A stretch of 64,000 nucleotides of DNA from an uncultured virus (IMG/VR IMGVR_UViG_3300011785_000001) (Duplodnaviria; Heunggongvirae; Uroviricota; Caudoviricetes): IMG/VR virus record IMGVR_UViG_3300011785_000001, positions 1-64,000 of that record, one strand, 5' to 3'. Shown here piece after piece: positions 9,905-18,019 of the stretch (the first letter of the stretch is position 1; every line of letters starts with the position of its first letter). Made by a program: the position numbers and the translations under genes. The notes under the pieces were generated by a model, which made no database searches, was not told where the DNA came from, and saw nothing but the letters and a program-made list of their open reading frames with translations.

Positions 9905-11422
9905 TTATCCTATAAGGGCTAAGTTAAGTTTTTTATACTCTTTAGTTGTTGCTAAGACGTTGAAAGAATCAGATGTTCCGTCACACTGATCGTCATGATA
10001 GCGTCTACTTACACCATCAAATCTTTCTAACTCTGTAAAGTAGTCATCGTTCCAAACACCTTTAACAACTGAAACAATACCGTTTTCACAAGCTGCTGAG
10101 AAAGGGAGGAAGCGTACAAGTTTTCCACTCTTAGTGTTAGGTTTCATAAACTTGACAGGTAGACCAGCATTCGCAAACTCTTTAGCTCGTTGATGCTTGA
10201 TACTTTTACCAGCTTCACCGGGATCGGTTGGTAGATATGTCATTACGCTACCAAACTGTTTGTTGTCTTGCTTTGAGATTTTTATGATCTCATCAACAAC
10301 TTCACCTTCGCGTTTTCTAAATCTAACAACATCTTCGACAATGAATCTTCCATCTTTTGTCTTAGCTATTAACACCCCTGCTGTGTAATCGGGGTCTGGG
10401 TAAGCTTCGGATGGTATAGAACATGCCATATCCCAACAACGAACTCGTCTAACAACCTTTGATAGATAGGACATATCTTCTGGGATATGTGGATTTAACT
10501 GTGTAATCCACGATTTCTTAAAGTAACCACTCTCTTCCTCAGAAGCATACCAGTTACCTTTTAGTAATCTCTCCATTGTAACACGAGGTTGTGATGCCAA
10601 TTGAGCAACATAGTCTGGGTTCTTCTTAATCGCTTCTGGGTTGTCGAAACAATTAGCTCCAATGAAAACAAAGGATTTAGGCTTACAAAGGTTTTCACCA
10701 GTGATAGGGTTTGTTCCGAACTTAGTGTGATATTTATCATACAACTCTTCAAACGAGCTACCCCATTTAAGGTCATTACCTACACGTAAATAGTATCGAA
10801 CAACACCGTTCACATCTTCGTTAGGTCTACCTTCTACAAGCTCATCATCAATGTATGTTCCTTCTGGGTGAATGTAGAAATCATTAATCCACTTGAGAAT
10901 GTAAGACGATGGATCAGGGTTGCATGTTAACCAAATACAAGGTTTCATTCTAGCGTTAGTACGAAGACGAGAAACAATCCACCAAATATCTTCCTCGATA
11001 AAGTGAGTTGCTTCATCACACATTGCTGCTGAAATCTCAATACCTTGAATGGCATCTCGACCAGCCTTATCATCCATACCTAAGAATGAAACAGATGCTC
11101 CACTAGGGAATCGAATCACCATAGGTTGTTGTGTGTATGTTGTACCCTTTCTGAATGCTTGGAAAATCTTAACAGCAGTCCAGAATGCACCACCTTCTTT
11201 CTTCAAGTCAGTCGCATGTAAACGAAACACATAGCCTACAAAGTCTGGGTCATCACACCATTTTAAGAATTTTAATAATCCAGTGTAACTCTTCCCACTC
11301 ATTGCAGCTCCACCATATACAGTGAAGAAAGCATCAGTATTTAAGAAGAGTGCTTGCTTATAACTTGTAGCACCAAACTTGGGTTTTTCAACAACTTGTT
11401 TTCTTTGTTGTGTTCTTGCCAA
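9905..11422 (-). CDS. terL: Terminase large subunit
   Basis: Walker A GGAAMSGKS, Walker B CDEATHF, LTCNP coupling motif, nuclease WDMA..DYTAG..HDDQCDG. Confidence 0.95.
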   Translation of the reverse strand: MARTQQRKQVVEKPKFGATSYKQALFLNTDAFFTVYGGAAMSGKSYTGLLKFLKWCDDPDFVGYVFRLHATDLKKEGGAFWTAVKIFQAFRKGTTYTQQPMVIRFPSGASVSFLGMDDKAGRDAIQGIEISAAMCDEATHFIEEDIWWIVSRLRTNARMKPCIWLTCNPDPSSYILKWINDFYIHPEGTYIDDELVEGRPNEDVNGVVRYYLRVGNDLKWGSSFEELYDKYHTKFGTNPITGENLCKPKSFVFIGANCFDNPEAIKKNPDYVAQLASQPRVTMERLLKGNWYASEEESGYFKKSWITQLNPHIPEDMSYLSKVVRRVRCWDMACSIPSEAYPDPDYTAGVLIAKTKDGRFIVEDVVRFRKREGEVVDEIIKISKQDNKQFGSVMTYLPTDPGEAGKSIKHQRAKEFANAGLPVKFMKPNTKSGKLVRFLPFSAACENGIVSVVKGVWNDDYFTELERFDGVSRRYHDDQCDGTSDSFNVLATTKEYKKLNLALIG

Positions 11423-11436
11423 AATATTCCCCTAAA

Positions 11437-11832
11437 TTAATTTAAGGGTTTATCGCCCTGTTCTAAAAAGTGATAACCCATATCTAATGTTGGAGCATCA
11501 TCGTCTTCCAAATCAGTTAACTTCTTGTACCCCTCACCATGTTCAGCTTCAAGCTCTTGGCGAATCAACTGGTTATTCTTGAGCACAGCATTTTGTTTAT
11601 GAATCTTTTGAAAGTCAGCTTTCTCTTCCTTGTCTAAGATTACAATATGTGTCTTAACAATATTCATCCCCATAGCAGCTTTATCTTTGATGCTTACACT
11701 AGGGTCATCCATAAACTGCTCCATAACAGCTAATGCTTTAGCAACTAATGGGTTGGATTTAGCTTTGAGGGTTTTTAATGAGTAATCTTTAACAGGCTGC
11801 CCTGATTTAATCTTATCTAGTTCATCTGCCAT
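11437..11832 (-). CDS. Probable terminase small subunit
   Basis: 131 aa helical-looking protein directly upstream of terL; synteny only. Confidence 0.45.
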   Translation of the reverse strand: MADELDKIKSGQPVKDYSLKTLKAKSNPLVAKALAVMEQFMDDPSVSIKDKAAMGMNIVKTHIVILDKEEKADFQKIHKQNAVLKNNQLIRQELEAEHGEGYKKLTDLEDDDAPTLDMGYHFLEQGDKPLN

Positions 11833-11875
11833 TTTATTTATATCCTAAACAAACAAAAAGTTTTAATTCTAAACG

Positions 11876-11906
11876 AACATGAGGACACCAAAGGCATCCT
11901 CATGTT
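11876..11906 (-). terminator. Long hairpin, probable terminator or processing site
   Basis: Minus strand AACATGAGGATGCC-TTT-GGTGTCCTCATGTT. Confidence 0.6.
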
Positions 11907-11937
11907 TGAACAACTTATATCAAAATTTTCTTTTATA

Positions 11938-12303
11938 CTAAAAGAACACATGTTGTCCTATCTTAACTTTTAAAGTCCTGTTGAATCTCACCCCGATTTT
12001 AGCGTGGTTGAAGTAAAGGCTTCCTTTTGTGTAATTCGTTTTATTTGTATAAAAATTCCGAGCTACTTTAACGCTCTCATCCCAAGCTTCTTTTTCATAC
12101 TTAGGAGGTTTCAAAGAATTAGAACCTTTATACCAAGAAAACTGACCTTTCTGTTTAACTACACCACAATATGTATTAGGGTAGTCAGGGTGCTTACTAC
12201 GATTATGTACAACTTCTGCTATCGAGTATTGAGCCTTTATTGGTTCAGACCTTCCCTCTCGAAAAATCGTCATTGCTAAACATAATATACTTTCACTAAT
12301 CAA
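11938..12303 (-). CDS. Cell wall hydrolase (SleB/Hydrolase_2 family)
   Basis: CLAMTIFREGRSE, VVHNR, YPNTYCGVVKQKGQFSW, IGQHVF; probable TTG start at 12303 after GAGG. Confidence 0.9.
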   Translation of the reverse strand: MISESILCLAMTIFREGRSEPIKAQYSIAEVVHNRSKHPDYPNTYCGVVKQKGQFSWYKGSNSLKPPKYEKEAWDESVKVARNFYTNKTNYTKGSLYFNHAKIGVRFNRTLKVKIGQHVFF

Positions 12304-12420
12304 AACACTTATCCTCTTTATGTAAACATGATAGTCTACAGGAAAGTGTTCAATTCGTAAACCATCGTTGTGACAACATCCCCTGTCACCAATCGTATCC
12401 ATTCTAGTAAAGTGTACCGA

Positions 12421-12675
12421 TCAATAGATCGTACTCTTAAACACCAACATGTCCAAAACCTCTTTAGAGAAACCTACATGTCTCTCAACCTCTATTCCTT
12501 GAGATTCTAAACAGATTGTTGGAACATTCTTGACTTTGTTGTTCTTCCATTCTTCTGGAGATTCATCAACATCAACAACCAAATATTTCATGTAAGGGTA
12601 ATACTTATCAAGATACTTAATTGTTTGAATACAAGGATTACACCAATGAGAAACATATATCTTCATTTCAAACAC
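12421..12675 (-). CDS. Thioredoxin-like protein
   Basis: WCNPC motif, VDVDE, VPT. Confidence 0.85.
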   Translation of the reverse strand: MFEMKIYVSHWCNPCIQTIKYLDKYYPYMKYLVVDVDESPEEWKNNKVKNVPTICLESQGIEVERHVGFSKEVLDMLVFKSTIY

Positions 12676-12719
12676 TGTAATGTCCTTGTAGAGTAAATAA
12701 GCCCTAAATCGAGAGAAGA

Positions 12720-13715
12720 ACCTTTACTGTGGTGTGAGGTATCTCATCGTTTTCCTACCACATACTTTCTTACCAATGGGACTTAAACTAGGAATAAAAA
12801 CACAACACTCACAACACAGGAGAATCGTACACTGACTTACCTTTATAATCATTATTTAAGGTTTATTTTATTCGATGTGTGTACTATGTGTGAGGTTGCT
12901 AGGAGTAACTGGGACAGCTTCACCGACTGCTGTGCATAACCTCTGTGGTTATTTGCGGTCAGACTTTACGATCTTCTGAATCTTACCTAAACGGTTAACT
13001 TCTAAACTTACCTTACGGCTACTGATCGTCACTTCTGATAGTGTCTTTTATGGAGATTTCTCTCAGTGTATTTGTTTTTAGTCTTTCCTAAATGTCATAC
13101 CTTTACTTGTAATAGCTCCAGAACGTAAAAAAGTACCGTAAGGTATTACTATTCTCTGAACACTTTTCAAAACGATAAAGCTCGTCTTTAATAGCTGTAG
13201 TCGACTTACAGATCAGAACAGGAGATAAACCCTGTGAGTTGATTCCACTAGAACACACTAAGAGTGGGAAGTGTATCTCAACGCTAGAATAAGAAAATAT
13301 AGTCAGTCTTTCCTGAAAGTCAGCTTACCTATTGCGAATCCAATCACGTTATGGAGGGATAGGTCGAAAATGATTCTCATCAATATCGTTTAAAAGCAAC
13401 ACCTCCGTCAGTACGTGACAACCGATAGAGGGTTTTCAAACATTACCTAAATTACAACACGTTGCAACTAAGATTAGTAATGTATTTTTTCAGTCCACAT
13501 TTAAAGTAGCGGAACACTCACAATCCAAGCAGAGAATCAATTCTTGTGCAAGGTTGCTAATGACCTAATGGTAACTGCTGCTTACCCTATGTTATTCCAC
13601 TCTTATCGTGATGCCACACAGTTCGGCTGACACAGACTCAATTTATGTTTAAACTCAGCTTGAGCTAATTAGCGGAGTACCTGATTCAGAACGTCAATTT
13701 GATAAGCCCTGAATC
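12720..13715 (-). ncRNA. Candidate structured non-coding RNA(s), about 1 kb, downstream of the tRNAs
   Basis: No ORF of 60 aa or more; many nested helices readable by eye with G-U pairs on the minus strand; two copies of a UGAC-N2-stem-GAAAGA motif with a compensatory change. Confidence 0.6.
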
Positions 13716-13722
13716 TTGTTCT

Positions 13723-13821
13723 TTAAAATAAGAAAATGTAGTAAGGATAAATAGAGTAAAACAATACTGAGGCAATTAAAACCCAGACGATTACTTTCTC
13801 CCAAGTTGTTAATGTTCTCAT
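13723..13821 (-). CDS. Small hydrophobic peptide (32 aa)
   Basis: MRTLTTWEKVIVWVLIASVLFYSIYPYYIFLF*, one TM-like stretch, AGAGAG upstream. Confidence 0.5.
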   Translation of the reverse strand: MRTLTTWEKVIVWVLIASVLFYSIYPYYIFLF

Positions 13822-13852
13822 GTTATCTCTCTAAATTTATAATCACATTAAT

Positions 13853-13998
13853 CATAACATCACTGGAGAATCGAACTCCAATATTCGTAGTATTTTACAT
13901 GTAGGTGATCAGTCTAACGCCATAGTATCTTCATCTGGAGCTACCATTTTACTTTAACTATGAACTACGCCCATCTGCAACCTGAGCATGATGTTATG
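13853..13998 (-). ncRNA. tRNA-like RNA of about 145 nt with expanded anticodon arm, no encoded CCA
   Basis: CATAACATCA/TGATGTTATG closing stem, D-arm GCTCA..TGGGC, GTAGT/ACTAC stem enclosing about 70 nt, T-arm TGGAG-TTCGATT-CTCCA. Confidence 0.65.
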
Positions 13999-14025
13999 TC
14001 AATATAATTAAATATTTTATTAAAT

Positions 14026-14109
14026 TGGCAGAGGGTAAAGGAATCGAACCCTTATCCGTTAGAATAGCACGTGGTTCAAGCCCGCTTTGTCACCTTGACG
14101 CTACCCTCT
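14026..14109 (-). tRNA. tRNA-Ser (anticodon TGA)
   Basis: AGAGGGT..ACCCTCT-G-CCA acceptor, loop CTTGAAC, long variable arm, GGTTCGATTCC T-arm; one mismatch in the anticodon stem. Confidence 0.85.
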
Positions 14110-14112
14110 GTT

Positions 14113-14199
14113 TGGCGGAAAGCAATGTAATCGAAACATATACCCCTAAGATACACACTGTTTAGCAAACAGGTCTAGCTCCTCGCTAGTTTACTTTCC
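14113..14199 (-). tRNA. tRNA-Ser (anticodon GCT)
   Basis: GGAAAGT..GCTTTCC-G-CCA acceptor, CTGT-TTGCTAA-ACAG anticodon arm, long variable arm, TTCGATT T-loop. Confidence 0.9.
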
Positions 14200-14308
14200 T
14201 TAATTGCCACTTCACGTAGTAGCCACGTTATCCCATGTGGAAGTTAATCTCATGACAGGGAGTAATTGTTTATCTATTGCGACAGTGTTTGTCGTCTTGA
14301 TGTGAGTA

Positions 14309-14337
14309 ACTATACATGAGGTTGATCTCCCCGTCAA
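14309..14337 (-). promoter_or_regulatory. sigma70-type promoter for the tRNA/ncRNA cluster
   Basis: TTGACG-17 nt-TATAGT. Confidence 0.75.
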
Positions 14338-14390
14338 CTAATTTATTGTTACAAATTGTAAACAAGATTGATACTTAATTTAATTTTTTA

Positions 14391-16010
14391 TTAAATTATA
14401 AATGTATAACACATTCTTTTGTTAATACCCTCCGATATTTTAAGCATTATTAGCTCTTGAAGAACATCTGTTGGTATTAAATCTTCATCAATATCACTCC
14501 AATCAAAGTCCTCACAATAGATTCTATGAACACTGTGGATTTTGGTAATCTTATTGAAGTTAGAACGATACTTAGGTTTTATTTCTTTGTATTGTTTCTT
14601 AACTCCTGAAACTATTTCACAATATTTTACATCTACATATTCTCTTTTCATTCTAACAACCACCTTTCCTTTGTAATTAAATCAACACTAATCATATCTT
14701 TAACACATGATCGCACCAATAAATCTTCATCCTTGTGTTGTACACCCATTAGAGAATCTTCTAACACCATAAATTCAAACTCTACAGTGTAGTCAACTTC
14801 TAATTGCAACAATTTATCTAAGTTGTATTTATCAATCATTTGACTTCCTCTGAATCATATAACTTATCAGCATACTCTTGCAACGTACCATTAGTGTACT
14901 CATGAGTGATCAGTATATTGCCATCACTATTAGTGCAAAATAACACACCATCCTTCCAGAAATATGCTTTAAAGTTATCACCATCTTGCTCTACATGAAA
15001 CAAGTAGTAATCACCTTTAACTAATTCTGATACATCCTTAGTCATAAATTCATCATCAATTATTTCATTGATATTTTCATCAAATATAACATTCATTACC
15101 ACACCTTCTGCAATTCTAAAACTTTATACGGTAAACCTAAACTCTTCAGTAACTTAACACCACTCACACAAGGTTTATCTGGGTTATCATGACAACCCCA
15201 AGTTAACCCTTCTAAAGCTCTCATCTTAATGATTTGATAAGGGTCTGGCAGACAGCCATAGTTCTGAGAAATTTCTGTTGTTTCATTACCAAAGTTAATA
15301 GGGCAACCTTCACCCTTACAATCTCCTTGAGTACAATCTAAATCTAACATACTCCAGAATGACTCTTTAGATAACCTGTGTTTTAAGTAATCTTCTGAAA
15401 CAACATCTACATTCAAAACATCAATCTTTTTCATTCCACAACTCCTTTATTCAATAATAACACAAATGCCATCATACCATGCCTCTTTTATCTCATGTAT
15501 ATCATTCGCATAATCGCAATCATAAGTGTAAACTTCAACATCTCCATGTTTTGCTTTATGTTCTTCAAGAAGCTCTACTAATTCACTAATCTTCATATTA
15601 AACCTCCTTTATTAACCTGTGGAACATGTCTTTGGCAAAATTGTAGTTGTGTTCAAAGTATGGATTACACTTATTATCACTACAATAGTCAGCAATAAAA
15701 AACCAACATAGACTGTTGTGTCTTTCATTTAAGTAATCTTCTTGTGCTTGTAATACTCTTTTAAAACCGTATCTGTTGATTAAATCTACGGTAGTTACAT
15801 TGTGTTTGAATTTCACTATTAACTCCTACTTAGTATATTCCATGTATGTTTGCACTAAACAAAACACAAAGAATATAGCATACACAACACCAATAATAAT
15901 AGCTGATGTTAAATCTACACTAACAACATTGTTCTTTAGCAATACAAACAGAACAAACCCTGTTAACAACAGTAGCACATCAACAAACAAATAAAAATAT
16001 AAAAACATTA
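14391..16010 (-). CDS. Run of small hypothetical ORFs (14391-14663, 14648-14839, 14836-15102, 15096-15434, 15598-15816, membrane ORF ending 15826)
   Basis: Tightly packed or overlapping ORFs with AGGAG-type RBS; 15096-15434 is Cys-rich. Confidence 0.6.
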
Positions 16011-16119
16011 ACAACTCCTTTAAGTTAAATATGTAAACATTGTTATAGCACCAAACAAACAACAATACAATACCTATTTAATTAAATATTAAATTATTTA
16101 CATTGCTTAAGATTATTCT

Positions 16120-16460
16120 TATTGCTGTTAATGAACACAAACGATAGTGAAGTGTGAATGTTATAGCAATCATTAGAGACTGCTGTTGCAGACGATAATG
16201 CACTGTAGAGTATACTTAAAGTTATTCGATACAGAATATCCATTCTGTTAGCACCAAACAACAGTTACTTTATCCGATAGGATAACAATGTGTTGAATAT
16301 TCTAACTGTGTTCGACACTGTGAGAACTATTTTTGGTTATTCTTTAAGTATCCCTTTAGTTTTAGGGATTGTTGTTGCAATCAAACAAATCCCTTTTCCC
16401 TTTAGTGTTATTGTTAGTGTTGTCTGCACGATATTACTATCCGTAGGATGGTATTCTGTG
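16120..16460. repeat. Non-coding block related to 37740-37990 (candidate origin element A)
   Basis: 16126-16162 and 16357-16418 match 37744-37780 and 37929-37988 in the same order. Confidence 0.7.
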
Positions 16461-16610
16461 CTTATTAACTAACAGTGTTTCTCTTATAATAAAAATATTG
16501 TTCCTTAAGGATTTTTAGATTAAGTTGTTGTTTTTTAAGCTAATAAAATCAAGTCTTGTCAAGTTGAATATTAATTTCAAGAATGCTACACTTAAGTTGT
16601 AATAAATACA

Positions 16611-16640
16611 TTGACAAATTGACAGGTTTAATGCTACTAT
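16611..16640 (+). promoter_or_regulatory. sigma70-type promoter of helicase-like gene
   Basis: TTGACA-18 nt-TACTAT with TG extended -10. Confidence 0.6.
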
Positions 16641-16669
16641 GTTATTTTTAACAGTTACAGGAGGTTAAA

Positions 16670-18019
16670 GTGACAGAAGTTATAGTCTATGACGTACTTT
16701 GCGGTCAGGGTAAGAGCACTGAAATTATGAACTACATGTTAAACAACCCTTTTCAGAAGTATTGTTATATTGCACCATATTTAACAGAGTGTCATCGTTT
16801 TGCTGGTACTAAATTCGATGTTAAGGATTCTAGAAAGAAACCTTTATACGCTAACTATGATGAACGTATATATGACTATGTGGATAAAGAAGATGATATT
16901 CTAATTGAAAGGAAGAAAGTATTAAACTTTAGACACCCTGATAATAGAAATAAAGATGGTAGTAAGATAACTTCTTTGTGCAACCTTATGTCATCTGGTT
17001 GTAATGTGGTTTCAACTCATGCTCTTTTTACAGAGCTTGGTAGTAATGTGCTGTCTTGTGCTAAAGATTATACGTTGATAATTGACGAAACAGTAAACAT
17101 ATACGAGATTGATGCAAGTCTAAAAGATGTTTTGTGGTGCTTAAAACACAAGGTAATGTACTTGGATGAAGATGGTATGACACTTCGTTTTAATCGTGCT
17201 AATCTAGGTGCTGTTTCAGAGCAAGATGAAGATGCTGCTATTGGTAGTCGTTACGAAGATTTAGCATTCCAGTGTGATTTAGGGCAGTTGTTGTACATTG
17301 ACGGGAAGATTATTATTTGGGAGCTATCTGTTGAGTTAATTCGTGCATTTAAAAAAGTAATTATCTTAACCTACATGTTCAAAGGTAGTGAAATGTATAA
17401 CTACTTTCAGAAAAAAGGTATTGATTTTTCTTATGTAAAGCTTTCAAAAGAAAATGTTAAATCAGCAAAAGATGTTGCTCATTTGATAGAAGTTGTTGAT
17501 GATCATAAGTTAAATCTTGTTGGTGAACACCCTACAGCTTTGTCTGCTTCTGGGGTTAAGGGTTCTGAGAAATCCTCGAACAAACGTCCTCTTACTAAGG
17601 AGGCAACGAAAACAGCTCTAAAGAATAACTTGCATAACCTGTTTAATCAGAGATGGAAGGCGAAAGCTTCTGATCGTCTTTGGACTTGTTTTGACGATAC
17701 AAGAAAATTCATATCTAACGGTAAATACGATAAGCAATTTCTAGCTTTCAATTATAAGGCCACTAATGATTGGATTGATGTACATCATGTAGCATTCCTC
17801 TTGAATGTGTATATGAACCCTATGATTAAGAGAGCAGCATCGGATAGAGGATTGGATGCTTCAAAAGAAGTTGATGATCTACATGCAATCAGTACATTGA
17901 TACAGTTTTTATTCAGATCAGCAGTACGAAAAGGAGAACCTGTTAAACTGTACTTACCTAGTTCAAGGATGCGTGAATTACTGGAAAGATGGAAAAAGGG
18001 TGAGTTTGATAATGAGTAG
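16670..18019 (+). CDS. SF2 (DEAD-like) helicase / origin-binding-type protein
   Basis: CGQGKST Walker A, IAPYL, STHALF, LIIDE, motif VI-like QFLFRSAVRKG. Confidence 0.7.
   Translation: MTEVIVYDVLCGQGKSTEIMNYMLNNPFQKYCYIAPYLTECHRFAGTKFDVKDSRKKPLYANYDERIYDYVDKEDDILIERKKVLNFRHPDNRNKDGSKITSLCNLMSSGCNVVSTHALFTELGSNVLSCAKDYTLIIDETVNIYEIDASLKDVLWCLKHKVMYLDEDGMTLRFNRANLGAVSEQDEDAAIGSRYEDLAFQCDLGQLLYIDGKIIIWELSVELIRAFKKVIILTYMFKGSEMYNYFQKKGIDFSYVKLSKENVKSAKDVAHLIEVVDDHKLNLVGEHPTALSASGVKGSEKSSNKRPLTKEATKTALKNNLHNLFNQRWKAKASDRLWTCFDDTRKFISNGKYDKQFLAFNYKATNDWIDVHHVAFLLNVYMNPMIKRAASDRGLDASKEVDDLHAISTLIQFLFRSAVRKGEPVKLYLPSSRMRELLERWKKGEFDNE

Noticed and set aside
9905..11422. Intron or intein in terL (nrdA and nrdB also checked)
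   Set aside because: ORFs are continuous and of ordinary length, with no intein motifs seen
13131..13148. Fifth copy of the GTACC/GGTAC hairpin (minus ATACC-TTAC-GGTAC)
   Set aside because: Lacks the GAGTG and GGAGA flanks, and competes with a longer helix
13275..13310. Group I intron-like R/S elements on the plus strand (TCAACGCTA..AAAATATAGTC)
   Set aside because: Elements are too close to allow P8, no interrupted gene is visible, and the pairing evidence favours the minus strand
13853..13998. tmRNA or Y RNA identity for the tRNA-like element
   Set aside because: No alanine-type G3-U70 acceptor with CCA, no room for a tag ORF, a D-stem is present, and arm order is not permuted
12700..14340. 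CRISPR array or retron msr-msd
   Set aside because: No regularly spaced direct repeats, and no cas or reverse transcriptase gene in the window
16290..16472. 60-aa hydrophobic ORF
   Set aside because: Overlaps the block shared with 37929-37988, where no equivalent ORF is listed; weak RBS; more likely non-coding, though not excluded
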